DNA of 30,960 nt from Gemmatimonadaceae bacterium (lineage in GTDB: Bacteria > Gemmatimonadota > Gemmatimonadetes > Gemmatimonadales > Gemmatimonadaceae): NCBI GenBank assembly GCA_043762555.1, contig JAYUMO010000088.1:1-30960 (forward strand), written 5' to 3'. Both the position numbers and the translations under genes were made by a program. A model generated the notes under the pieces. The model did not search any database and was not told the DNA's origin. It worked only from the letters and a program-made list of their open reading frames with translations. Positions 1 through 8,457 of the stretch are shown here, piece by piece (the stretch's first letter is position 1; the number at the start of each line of letters is the position of its first letter).

Positions 1-354
1 GGCGACATGGTGGGGCACACCGGGGTGATCTCCGCGGCGATCAAGGCGGTGGAGACGGTGGACGGCTGTCTCGCGCGCGTTCTCGAGACCGCCGGAGCGG
101 CCGAGGCGCGCGTGCTCGTGACGGCCGACCACGGGAATTGCGAGATGATGATCGACCCGGAGACGGGTGGGCCGCACACCGCGCACACCACGAATCCGGT
201 GCCGATGGTGGTGGTGGATCCGGACGGGTCGCGTCCGCTGCGCGCGGGCGGGGCGCTGCGGGATGTGGGACCGACGGTGCTCGCGATGCTCGGGCTGGAT
301 CGGCCGGCGGAGATGACCGGCGTGGACCTCAGAGAACTGGGAGCGAGAGCGTGA
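1..354 (+). CDS. gpmI: 2,3-bisphosphoglycerate-independent phosphoglycerate mutase, C-terminal fragment (5'-truncated by window edge)
   Basis: Frame 1 is open from base 1: GDMVGHTG...AVETVDGCL...LVTADHGNCEMM...HTAHTTNPVP...GALRDVGPTVL, the metal-binding motifs of the iPGM/alkaline phosphatase superfamily. Confidence 0.93.
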   Translation, partial: GDMVGHTGVISAAIKAVETVDGCLARVLETAGAAEARVLVTADHGNCEMMIDPETGGPHTAHTTNPVPMVVVDPDGSRPLRAGGALRDVGPTVLAMLGLDRPAEMTGVDLRELGARA

Positions 355-1070
355 AGATTTTTCGGTTGAGTGCTTTTCTTGGGTCGGGGCTGGGGTTGAT
401 AGTGGGGTTGGCTCTGATCGCGGGCGTCGCGCCCACGGCGCGGGCGCAGGACACGACGAAGACGGTGATCAAGAGTCCTTATACGGACTTCCACGAGCAG
501 CGAGCGCTCGCGCTCATCCTGGGCTATTTCGCGGGCAACCGGGGCCGGCCGGGGGTGGGACCGCAGGGCTCGCCGCTCGTGGGGCTGAGCTACCTGTATC
601 ACGTGGGCGGTCCCGCCGGCATCGTCGGGCGCCTCTCCTACGCGCCCTCGCAACGCACGGTGCTCGACCCCGCCTTGCCGCCCGACCAGCGGGATCTCGG
701 GAGCACGTCCGCGCCGCTGGTCATGGCCGACGTCGGCCTCGCCTTCTACTTCACGGGGGAGAAGACGTGGCACCATATGGTGCCGACCGCGGGGATCGCG
801 CTCGGGCTCGCCTTCGGCAGCAACACGCCGGACGTCGGTGGTTATAGCTTCGGCACGAAGTTCTACTTCGGCTTCGGGGGCGGCGTGACGTACGCGCTCA
901 AGGGCCCGTGGGTATTCAAGGCCGATGCGTGGGACTACCTCTGGCAGCTCAAGTACCCGACCACGTACTTCACCTTCACGCCACCGGTGCTGCCGTCGGA
1001 CGCGCCCGACAAGGAGTGGAGGAACAACGGCGTGATCACGATCGGATTGTCGTACACCCTCAAGCAGTAG
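351..1070 (+). CDS. Outer-membrane beta-barrel protein (small, about 8-stranded type) with signal peptide
   Basis: GTG at 351 overlaps the gpmI stop (GTGA). A hydrophobic N-terminus ends in TARA|QD. Alternating amphipathic strands (GIVGRLSY, ADVGLAFYF, FYFGFGGGVTY, VITIGLSY) follow. The ATG at 138 in the ORF track lies inside gpmI and is not the likely start. Confidence 0.7.
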   Translation: MKIFRLSAFLGSGLGLIVGLALIAGVAPTARAQDTTKTVIKSPYTDFHEQRALALILGYFAGNRGRPGVGPQGSPLVGLSYLYHVGGPAGIVGRLSYAPSQRTVLDPALPPDQRDLGSTSAPLVMADVGLAFYFTGEKTWHHMVPTAGIALGLAFGSNTPDVGGYSFGTKFYFGFGGGVTYALKGPWVFKADAWDYLWQLKYPTTYFTFTPPVLPSDAPDKEWRNNGVITIGLSYTLKQ

Positions 1071-1077
1071 CCGCCGC

Positions 1078-1497
1078 ATGCCGCGCGCCGCGCTCACTCG
1101 CCGCGTGACCTTCGCCGCCGCGCACCGCTACCGGAGGCCGGAGTGGAGCGACGCGAAGAACGCCGAGGTCTTCGGCGCCTGCGCGAATCCGCACTATCAC
1201 GGGCACAGCTACGCGTGCGAGGTGACGGTGCGCGGCGAGATCGATCCGGTGACGGGCATGGTGATCGACCTCGCGCTGCTCGATCGTGTGCTCGCGGATG
1301 AAGTGCGCGCGCGCTTCGATCATCGCAACCTGAACGTCGAGGTCCCCGAGTTCGCCGACGGCGGGCTGATCCCCACCGGGGAGAACCTCGCGCGTCTGAT
1401 CGCCGAGCGCGTGCGCGGCGCGCTCGGCACGCGGGTGGACGTGACGCGGGTCGTGGTGCGCGAGGACGACGCCCTCTGGGCGGAGTGGACGCCGTGA
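1078..1497 (+). CDS. 6-pyruvoyl-tetrahydropterin synthase / 6-carboxytetrahydropterin synthase family protein (COG0720)
   Basis: RRVTFAAAHRY...FGAC-ANPHY-HGHSY...RGEIDPVTGMVIDL...FDHRNLN...PTGENLA. The motif is CX5HGH, so the queD symbol is withheld. Confidence 0.9.
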   Translation: MPRAALTRRVTFAAAHRYRRPEWSDAKNAEVFGACANPHYHGHSYACEVTVRGEIDPVTGMVIDLALLDRVLADEVRARFDHRNLNVEVPEFADGGLIPTGENLARLIAERVRGALGTRVDVTRVVVREDDALWAEWTP

Positions 1498-2219
1498 GCG
1501 CCGAGAGCACCACGCGGCTCGACGCGGTGGAAGAGGCCGTGGTCTGGCTCGAGGTGAACGGCGCGCCGGCGGTCACCTGGATGTGCTCGCCGGAGCGGCT
1601 GGACGAGCTCGTCGTGGGGTGGCTGCACGGCGAAGGCTACATCAACACGATCGACGATCTCGTGCGGCTGCGCCCGTGCACTACGGAGCTCGGCTTCTGG
1701 GCGGAGGTCCCGCCGGCGCGCTACGACGCGGTGGAGCAGACGGAGCGGCGGCGCGTGCTCGCGTCGGGATGCGGCGCGGTGACGTCGATCCTCGGCTCCA
1801 TGAGCGCCGTGCCGCGGCGCACCGGGGGGATCCCGACGGTGGAGCTGGCGCAGATGCGGTCGCTCTTCAAGGAGCTCTTCGCACGCGGCGATCGCTACAA
1901 GGAGACGGGCGGCATCCACGCCGCGGCGCTCACCGACGCCGCCGCGCTCCTGCATCACGCCGAGGACATCGGGCGTCACAACGCGGTGGACAAAGTGATC
2001 GGCGCCGCGATCATGGAGCGGCGCGATCCGCGTGATCTCATTCTGCTGGTGACCGGGCGGATCTCCGGCGAGCTGGCGTTCAAGGCCGCGCGCGCGCAGC
2101 TGTCGCTCGTGGCGACGCCGAGCGTGCCGTCGAGCATCGCGGTGGAGATCGCTCGCGCGGCGGGAATGGGACTCATCGGACGGGCGGTGAGCGGGAGTCC
2201 GCAATTCCATCGCCCTTGA
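1494..2219 (+). CDS. fdhD: Formate dehydrogenase accessory sulfurtransferase FdhD
   Basis: GTGA overlap with the upstream gene. Motifs SGCG, TGGIHAAAL, EDIGRHNAVDKVIG, TGRISGEL and PSSIAVEIA. Confidence 0.92.
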   Translation: MSAESTTRLDAVEEAVVWLEVNGAPAVTWMCSPERLDELVVGWLHGEGYINTIDDLVRLRPCTTELGFWAEVPPARYDAVEQTERRRVLASGCGAVTSILGSMSAVPRRTGGIPTVELAQMRSLFKELFARGDRYKETGGIHAAALTDAAALLHHAEDIGRHNAVDKVIGAAIMERRDPRDLILLVTGRISGELAFKAARAQLSLVATPSVPSSIAVEIARAAGMGLIGRAVSGSPQFHRP

Positions 2220-2869
2220 GTTTGAGCGTGAGCGCGCGTTGTACTGGCGTCATCCTCGCCGGCGGGCAGGCGACGCGCTACGGCGGGCAGCCGAAGGGAT
2301 TGGAGCGGGTGGGCGGGGTGCGGGTGATCGACCGGGTGGCGCTGGCGCTCGCGAGCGCCGCGGACGAACTCTTACTGATCGCGAACGATCCGTCGGCGGG
2401 ATCGTGGCTGCCCGGGGTGCGGGTGGCGAGCGATGTGCGTGAGGGGTGCGGGAGCCTCGGCGGAATCCACGCGGCGCTCGTGCGCGCCGGTGGCGCGGTG
2501 CTCGTGGTCGCGTGGGACATGCCGTTCGCACCCGCGTCGTTGCTGGGGGCGCTGCGCGCGCTCGGTGAGGCGGGGGTGGACGTGGCGGTAGCGGAGAGCG
2601 GCTCGAAGCGCGGCGTGGAGCCGCTCTGCGCGTGGTACGGTCCGGCGTGCGTGCCGGCGATCGAGCGAGCGCTCGACGCGGGTGACCGGCGGGTGATCGC
2701 ATTCTTCGATGACGTGCGCGTGTCGCGCATGTCGCCCGAGGATGTGGCGCGATTCGGTGATCCGGCGCGATTGTTCATGAACGTCAACACACCGAACGAA
2801 CTCGAGCTCGCGGAGCGATATGCCTCGTCCCCCGATGCTGGCGATCGTCGGCGGCAAGAAGCACGGTAA
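2216..2869 (+). CDS. mobA: Molybdenum cofactor guanylyltransferase
   Basis: GVILAGGQATRYGGQPKG, GSLGGIHAAL, VVAWDMPF, VEPLCAWY and FMNVNTP. The TTG start overlaps the fdhD stop; the exact start is uncertain. Confidence 0.9.
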   Translation: MSLSVSARCTGVILAGGQATRYGGQPKGLERVGGVRVIDRVALALASAADELLLIANDPSAGSWLPGVRVASDVREGCGSLGGIHAALVRAGGAVLVVAWDMPFAPASLLGALRALGEAGVDVAVAESGSKRGVEPLCAWYGPACVPAIERALDAGDRRVIAFFDDVRVSRMSPEDVARFGDPARLFMNVNTPNELELAERYASSPDAGDRRRQEAR

Positions 2870-3362
2870 AACGACGCTCACCGTGCAACTCGCCGCCGAG
2901 CTGAAGCGGCGCGGGCACCGCGTGATGACGATCAAGCACGGCACGCACACGTTCAATATCGATCCCTCGACGACCGATACGTATCGGCACTATCACGAGG
3001 GGGAGGCGGAGAAGGTGGCGATGGTCTCGCCCGACAAGTTCGCGCTCGTGGAGCGGTGGAGCGCCGAACTCAGCCCCGAGCAGATCGTGGATCGGCATAT
3101 GCAAGACGCGGATATCGTGATCTGCGAGGGGTTCAAGGCGACCGCCCTTCCACGCGTCGAGATCTTCCGGCGGGCGGCGGGCGAACGGCCGTTGTACGAT
3201 CCGGCCGCCCCCTCGGCGACCTACTATCACGCCATGCTCACCGACGACGATTCGTTCTCGATCCCGAATGTGGCGATGATCCGCTTCTCGCAGTCAACCT
3301 GGCTCTCGGAACTCGCGACGTTGGTGGAGCGCGAGATGAACCTGCCGAGGCACCATGAATAG
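2820..3362 (+). CDS. mobB: Molybdopterin-guanine dinucleotide biosynthesis protein B
   Basis: P-loop GGKKHGKTT, IKHGTHTFNID, DIVICEGFK. The start could be 2820 or 2835; either overlaps the 3' end of mobA. Confidence 0.88.
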   Translation: MPRPPMLAIVGGKKHGKTTLTVQLAAELKRRGHRVMTIKHGTHTFNIDPSTTDTYRHYHEGEAEKVAMVSPDKFALVERWSAELSPEQIVDRHMQDADIVICEGFKATALPRVEIFRRAAGERPLYDPAAPSATYYHAMLTDDDSFSIPNVAMIRFSQSTWLSELATLVEREMNLPRHHE

Positions 3363-3475
3363 TTGTCATGCCTCATCGAGTCCCGAGTACCGAGTCCCGA
3401 GGCTCTCCCTGCGGCAAGCGCGTGGCGTGAGAGAGCTTCGGGACTCGCTGCTCGGGACTCGGTATGGCATGACAA
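3363..3475. repeat. Imperfect 45-bp inverted repeat built from TCCCGAG/CTCGGGA heptamers (REP/MITE-like hairpin)
   Basis: The left arm (3363-3407) is ttgtcatgcc-t-catcgag-tcccgag-taccgag-tcccgag-gctctc. The right arm (3431-3475) is its reverse complement at 39 of 45 positions, with a 23-nt spacer. Confidence 0.85.
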
Positions 3476-3512
3476 TTTCTATGTGGTACTCGACCCTGAG
3501 CTCTTGCCGCCC

Positions 3513-4769
3513 ATGCTCTCCGTAACCGACGCCAGCGCCAAGATCCTCGCCGGGATCCGCCCGCTCGCCACCGAGCGGGTCGCGCTCCGCGACGCGTTGG
3601 GCCTCGTGCTGGCGGAGAGCGTCGTGTCGCCGATCACCATCCCCGCCTGGGACAACTCGGCGATGGACGGATACGCCGTCCGCGCCGCGGATGTCGCCGG
3701 CGCCACGGAGACAAGGCCCGTTCAGCTCACGGTGCTCGAGCGCGTCGCCGCCGGCGCCTTCCCCACTCGCGCTCTCGCGCCCCGCACCGCCACCCGCATC
3801 ATGACCGGCGCCCCGATCCCCGCCGGCACCGACACCGTGATCCGCCTCGAGGACACCGACGGCGCGATGGACCGCGTTTCCATTCGCAACGACCGCGACG
3901 CGAAGAAGAACCTCCGCCGCCGCGGCGAGGACATCGTCGAGGGCGTCACCGTGCTCGAAGCGGGTGCCCCGCTCGGCGCCGCGCAGCTCGGCGTGCTCGC
4001 CTCCGTGGGCGCGTCGCACGTGGTCATCCATCGTCGCCCGCGCATCGCCTTCATGGCGAGCGGCGACGAGATCGTGGACCTCGACCGCTTCGAGGAAGTG
4101 CGCGCCGGAAAGAAGATCATCACGTCCAACAGCTACACGCTCGCCGCGATGATCACCGCGAACGGCGGCGTTCCGATCAACCTCGGCATCGCGCGCGACG
4201 ACCCCGCCGACATCCGCGCGCGCATGCTCCGTGCGCGCGACGAGCACGCCGACCTGCTCATCACCTCCGCCGGGATCTCCGCCGGCGAGTACGACTACGT
4301 GCGCACCGTGCTCCAGGAGCTCGGCGTCACGCTCGACGTCTGGAAGGTGCGCATGCGCCCGGGCGCGCCGCTCGGCTTCGGATCGCTGCTCGGGATGCCG
4401 TGGATCGGCCTGCCCGGCAATCCGGTGTCCACGATGGTGACCTTCGAGCTCTTCGTGCGCCCGGTGATGCGGCGGATGCTCGGTCACACCCGGCTGCACC
4501 GACGCCCGGTGAGCGTGACCATCGAGGAGCCGGTGACGATCGGCGCCAAGCTCACGCACTTCCTGCGCGCGATCGTGACCGTGCGCGCCGACGGCACGCT
4601 TACGGCGCGTCTCACTGGCCCGCAGGGCTCCGGAATCCTCACCAGCATGACGCGCGCGAACGCGCTGCTCGTCGTCCCCGAGGACCGTCCGCGCGTGGAG
4701 GCGGGCGAGACGCTGCACGCGATCCCCCTCACCGAGGATGCCGCACTGGCCGAGCAGTTCGCGCTGTGA
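3513..4769 (+). CDS. moeA: Molybdopterin molybdotransferase MoeA (gephyrin-like)
   Basis: MLSVTDA...PAWDNSAMDGYAV...RIMTGAPIP...SGDEIV...NSYTLAAMI...GISAGEYD...MRPGAP...GLPGNPVS...QGSGILTSM. ATG at 3513. Confidence 0.95.
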   Translation: MLSVTDASAKILAGIRPLATERVALRDALGLVLAESVVSPITIPAWDNSAMDGYAVRAADVAGATETRPVQLTVLERVAAGAFPTRALAPRTATRIMTGAPIPAGTDTVIRLEDTDGAMDRVSIRNDRDAKKNLRRRGEDIVEGVTVLEAGAPLGAAQLGVLASVGASHVVIHRRPRIAFMASGDEIVDLDRFEEVRAGKKIITSNSYTLAAMITANGGVPINLGIARDDPADIRARMLRARDEHADLLITSAGISAGEYDYVRTVLQELGVTLDVWKVRMRPGAPLGFGSLLGMPWIGLPGNPVSTMVTFELFVRPVMRRMLGHTRLHRRPVSVTIEEPVTIGAKLTHFLRAIVTVRADGTLTARLTGPQGSGILTSMTRANALLVVPEDRPRVEAGETLHAIPLTEDAALAEQFAL

Positions 4770-5428
4770 GCGGATCGCTCGAAGAGGAATTGACGCGACG
4801 CTTCACCACCGTCACGGAGACCGTGCGCGTCGGCGAGAGCGACGTCACGCTGCTCAAGCCGCGCAACGCCGACGATCTGATCCGCGAAGACGATTATGTG
4901 AAGGACGAACGGCTCCCGTACTGGGCCGATGTCTGGCCGTCCTCCCGCGTGCTCGCAGACTCGTTCACTTCGGAGGTGGGGAACGGCCGCACGATGCTCG
5001 AGCTCGGCTGCGGCCTCGGCCTCGTCACCATCGCCGCGATGCAGGCCGGATTCACGGTGACCGCCACCGACTACTATGATGATGCGCTCCTCTTCACGCG
5101 GCTAAACGCGCACCGCGCGACCGGCCGCGAACCGATCACGCGGATGGTGAACTGGCGCGAACTCCCGCGTGATCTCGGGCGCTTCGATCTTGTGGTCGCG
5201 TGCGACGTGCTCTACGAGAATCCCAACGCCGAGCTCGTGGCCGACGCGATGGTGCAATGCCTGGCGACCGGCGGCACCGCGATCATGGCCGACCCCGGGC
5301 GTATCGCGATCGACGAGTTCCTGGACGCGTGCGCGGCGCGGGAGTTCCAGCGGGTAGAGACCGTGGAGCGAAAGTTCGCGGTGGGAGAGAAGGAGCAGAC
5401 GATCAGGATCTACCGGATGGCGTGGTAG
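4766..5428 (+). CDS. Class I SAM-dependent methyltransferase, family 16 (METTL20/21-like protein lysine methyltransferase)
   Basis: GTGA overlap with moeA. LPYWADVWPSS, motif I MLELGCGLGL, post-I ATDY, motif II DLVVACDVLYE, and MADPGR. Confidence 0.8.
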   Translation: MSGSLEEELTRRFTTVTETVRVGESDVTLLKPRNADDLIREDDYVKDERLPYWADVWPSSRVLADSFTSEVGNGRTMLELGCGLGLVTIAAMQAGFTVTATDYYDDALLFTRLNAHRATGREPITRMVNWRELPRDLGRFDLVVACDVLYENPNAELVADAMVQCLATGGTAIMADPGRIAIDEFLDACAAREFQRVETVERKFAVGEKEQTIRIYRMAW

Positions 5429-5462
5429 CGGCAAGCGATTCGCAGGCCGGTGCGTGACGAAC

Positions 5463-6077
5463 TCAGCGCCGCGCGCGGTCTCCTACGATGAACGCGATCA
5501 CCCCGAGTAGCACCCCTTGGATCAATCCCGCCGCCAGAATCGGAAACGGCCAGCCGCTCCGGGGCGGCACCAGCGCCAGAAAGGCTGTCATCGGGACGGC
5601 GGCACAAATGCCCAATCGCACCGAGCGATCCCCATCCGTCGGAATATCCCGGTCCAGCACGAATGCGAGCGCCCCGAACGTGGCTCCGGTGGTCACACCG
5701 AGGTAGGCTCCGAGCACGGACGAGGTGCCGGAGAACGTCCCGAAGCGTCCGCGGGCGAAATCCACGAGCCCGCCGATGACGCCGAGCGCCACGCCCCAAC
5801 CAGCGCCAATTCCACAAACGAGGAGCGATAGCTTTCTCGCCGCCGCGATGCGGCCCAGTGCGAAGTACGCCGCGACGCCCGTCGCCATCGAGGTGACCGC
5901 GATCATCACCAGGAACCAGAGCTTGGTCACACCTGGCGTGGGATCAGCCACCCACCCATCCTGCGTGCCGCGCAAGAGTTGGATCGGCCCGAAGACCACA
6001 ACGACCCAAATCACCCCGGTCGCGATGAGCAAGCGGCGCGGCAGAGCCTCTCGATCCCGCGCATTCTGGATCGTCAC
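5463..6077 (-). CDS. Hypothetical integral membrane protein (about 204 aa, 5-6 TM segments)
   Basis: GTG at 6077 overlaps the stop of the Fe-S oxidoreductase (GTGA). The protein is Gly/Ala-rich with hydrophobic stretches and no recognisable motif. Confidence 0.6.
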   Translation of the reverse strand: MTIQNARDREALPRRLLIATGVIWVVVVFGPIQLLRGTQDGWVADPTPGVTKLWFLVMIAVTSMATGVAAYFALGRIAAARKLSLLVCGIGAGWGVALGVIGGLVDFARGRFGTFSGTSSVLGAYLGVTTGATFGALAFVLDRDIPTDGDRSVRLGICAAVPMTAFLALVPPRSGWPFPILAAGLIQGVLLGVIAFIVGDRARR

Positions 6078-8116
6078 TGCGGCATCTCCGCGCCAGGCCG
6101 CCCGCTCGCCAGCCGCTCCGCCACCGCCTCCGCGATGTCCACCACCGGCACCTCGCTCCCCTTCGCCTTCACGCCGTCGGTGATCATCGTCATGCAGAAG
6201 GGGCACGCGACGGCGATGGATTCCGCGCCGGTGGCGAGCAGCTCTTCCGTGCGCTCCACATTGATGCGCTTGCCGACCGTCTCCTCCATGAACATCCGGC
6301 CGCCGCCGGCGCCACAGCACAACCCGCGGTCGCGCGAGCGCGCGGGCTCGGCGAGGGTCATCACCGGGAGCGCGCGCTTGAGCGCCGTGCGCGGCGCGTC
6401 GTACACATCGTTGTAGCGGCCCAAGTAGCAGCTGTCGTGATACACCATCGTGAGCGCGCGCCCCTCGTCGGTGCGCAGCGTCAGACGGCCGTCATTCAGC
6501 ATCCGCTCGATCAGCGTCGAGTGGTGGATGACGTCGTAGTTCCCGCCGAGCTGCGGGTACTCGTTGCCCATTTGATGGAAGCAGTGCGGGCAGAAGGTTA
6601 CGACCGTCTTCACGTGGTATCGGTCGAGCGTCTGGATGTTCTGCTTGGCGAGCATCTGCCAGAGGTACTCGTTCCCCATGCGGCGCGCGGGATCACCGTT
6701 GCACGTCTCTTCCTGGCCGAGGATCGCGAAGCGGACGCCGGCGGCCTTGAGGATCCGCGCGAGCGCCACCGAGATCTTCTTTGCGCGGTCGTCGAAGGAA
6801 CCCATGCAGCCCACCCAAAAGAGGATCTCGGGCGTTTCTCCGCGCGCGGCAAGCTCGGCCATCGTCGGAATGTCGAGGCCCTCGGCCCACTTGGCGCGAT
6901 CACTCGGCGCGAACGCCCACGGGCTCCCGCGCTGTTCCAGCGATTCGAAGGCCGGCTGTACCTCGGCGGGGAATCGCGATTCCATCAGGACGAGGTTCCG
7001 GCGGAGGTCGATTATGTGATCCAGATGCTCGATCCCCACCGGGCACTCGGTCACGCAGGCGCGGCAGGTGGTGCACGCCCAGAGATCGTCCTCGGTGATG
7101 AAGTTGTCGAGCAAGCGGTGCTCCAGCAGCTCCGCGGCGCCGTTGCCGCCCACGAGCGCCGGTGCCTTCTCCATGAGGCGTTGTCGCGTGTCCACGATGA
7201 TCTTCCGCGGCGAGAGCGCCTTGCCGGTGATGTTCGCCGGGCACACCGACGTGCAGCGTCCGCATTCCGTGCAGGAGTAGCCGTCGAGGAGGTCCTTCCA
7301 CGTGAGCTGCTCCACATCCGCCGCACCGAACTGCTCCGCGCCCTCCGCCTCAAGGTCGAGGAAACGAATTACCCCCTTCGGCATCGGCCCGTTCGCATTC
7401 GAGAAGTACACGTTCGGGATCGACGTGATCACGTGCAGGTGTTTGGAGTACGGCAGGTAGTTCAGGAACACGAGCACCAGCAGCGCGTGCGTCCACCAGA
7501 ACGAGCGCTCAAGCGCGAGCGCGACGCCGCGGGGCGTATTCGCGAGCAGGCCCGCCAGTGCGTGCGACGCGAATTTGTCGCGCACCGCCGAACCCGGAGT
7601 GAGCACGAGTTCGAATGCGTTGACGAGGAACATCGTCACCATCACTCCGCCGATCATGCTCAGGATGATCAGCGCGTCACCCTGATGCGTGCCGTCCCCC
7701 TGCAACCGCTTGGGGTGGACGACGAGCCGCCGGTAGAGCGCGAACGCGACCGCGCCGAGCACGAGGAGGCCGAACAAGTCCTGCGAGAAGGAGTAGACGC
7801 CGTAGAGCGGCGCCGGCAGGAAGCCGTACGAGAACGACGGGATCATGCCGTGGACGATCAGCTCCGTCGTGCCGGCAGTGATCACGATGAATCCCCAGAA
7901 GATGAGCGCGTGCATGGGGCCGGCCACCGGATCGCGGAAGATCTTCTTCTGGAAGATCGCGATCGTGAGCACGTTCTTGAGCCGCGCGAGCGGGTGATCG
8001 AGGCGCGGGTCGGGGCGACCGATGCGGAGATACGAGATCAGCCGCCGGGCGTTGTATGCGAAGAAGCCCGTGGCCGCGAGGACCACGATGGCGAAGATCG
8101 CATTCTCAGTGCTCAT
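6074..8116 (-). CDS. Membrane-bound Fe-S oxidoreductase, FadF/EtfD-like (N-terminal TM domain, two 4Fe-4S motifs, CCG domains)
   Basis: ATG at 8116 (MSTENAIF). TM region with His residues (HALIFWGF, HALLVL, SKHLH), CTECGRCTSVCP and CTTCRACVTECP, then CNGDPARR, FCPHC, YHDSCYLGR, CCGAGGG and ACPFC. Confidence 0.9.
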   Translation of the reverse strand: MSTENAIFAIVVLAATGFFAYNARRLISYLRIGRPDPRLDHPLARLKNVLTIAIFQKKIFRDPVAGPMHALIFWGFIVITAGTTELIVHGMIPSFSYGFLPAPLYGVYSFSQDLFGLLVLGAVAFALYRRLVVHPKRLQGDGTHQGDALIILSMIGGVMVTMFLVNAFELVLTPGSAVRDKFASHALAGLLANTPRGVALALERSFWWTHALLVLVFLNYLPYSKHLHVITSIPNVYFSNANGPMPKGVIRFLDLEAEGAEQFGAADVEQLTWKDLLDGYSCTECGRCTSVCPANITGKALSPRKIIVDTRQRLMEKAPALVGGNGAAELLEHRLLDNFITEDDLWACTTCRACVTECPVGIEHLDHIIDLRRNLVLMESRFPAEVQPAFESLEQRGSPWAFAPSDRAKWAEGLDIPTMAELAARGETPEILFWVGCMGSFDDRAKKISVALARILKAAGVRFAILGQEETCNGDPARRMGNEYLWQMLAKQNIQTLDRYHVKTVVTFCPHCFHQMGNEYPQLGGNYDVIHHSTLIERMLNDGRLTLRTDEGRALTMVYHDSCYLGRYNDVYDAPRTALKRALPVMTLAEPARSRDRGLCCGAGGGRMFMEETVGKRINVERTEELLATGAESIAVACPFCMTMITDGVKAKGSEVPVVDIAEAVAERLASGRPGAEMPQ

Positions 8117-8187
8117 GGGCGGGAAGGTACGGAGCGCGGAAAGCGGGGACAAGCGCTCCACGCCTTCTCGCAGCCAGAACCGCGTGG

Positions 8188-8457
8188 TTACTCCTTCGTA
8201 GCGGCGGACTTGATGCGGCGACGAACCACGAGAAATTGGAAGAGCGCCATGAAAATTCCCGAAAAGCTGGAGACAAAGACTAGATCGCCCGAAGACCGCG
8301 CGGGCCGATCGAATATCGCGTATCCCGTGACCAGGAGGAACATTAAACTCGATGCCCACAGCCAAGCCGTGAACACAAGAGATCGAATCGGGTGAAGCTG
8401 AGTGAATCGGACGTAGAACGGGGAACGGCCGTCCGATTGAGGATTCTGAGTATCCAT
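8188..8457 (-). CDS. Small hypothetical membrane protein (89 aa, two TM helices) in a low-GC segment
   Basis: ATG preceded by GGAGAG, two hydrophobic segments, and a basic C-terminus (RRRIK). Hand-counted GC is about 53% over 8221-8460. Confidence 0.5.
   Translation of the reverse strand: MDTQNPQSDGRSPFYVRFTQLHPIRSLVFTAWLWASSLMFLLVTGYAIFDRPARSSGDLVFVSSFSGIFMALFQFLVVRRRIKSAATKE

Noticed and set aside
2820-2869. Programmed frameshift or split mobA-mobB fusion suggested by the 50-nt overlap
   Set aside because: No slippery sequence is visible, and mobB has its own in-frame ATGs at 2820 and 2835.
6437-8395. Long antisense or alternate-frame ORFs (e.g. 6437-8395 +, 3366-4718 -, 12222-13637 +, 17095-18330 -, 23612-24853 +, 26240-27910 +)
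   Set aside because: These are shadow ORFs of real genes in high-GC DNA. They are Arg/Ala/Pro-rich, have no motifs, and fully overlap well-supported CDSs.
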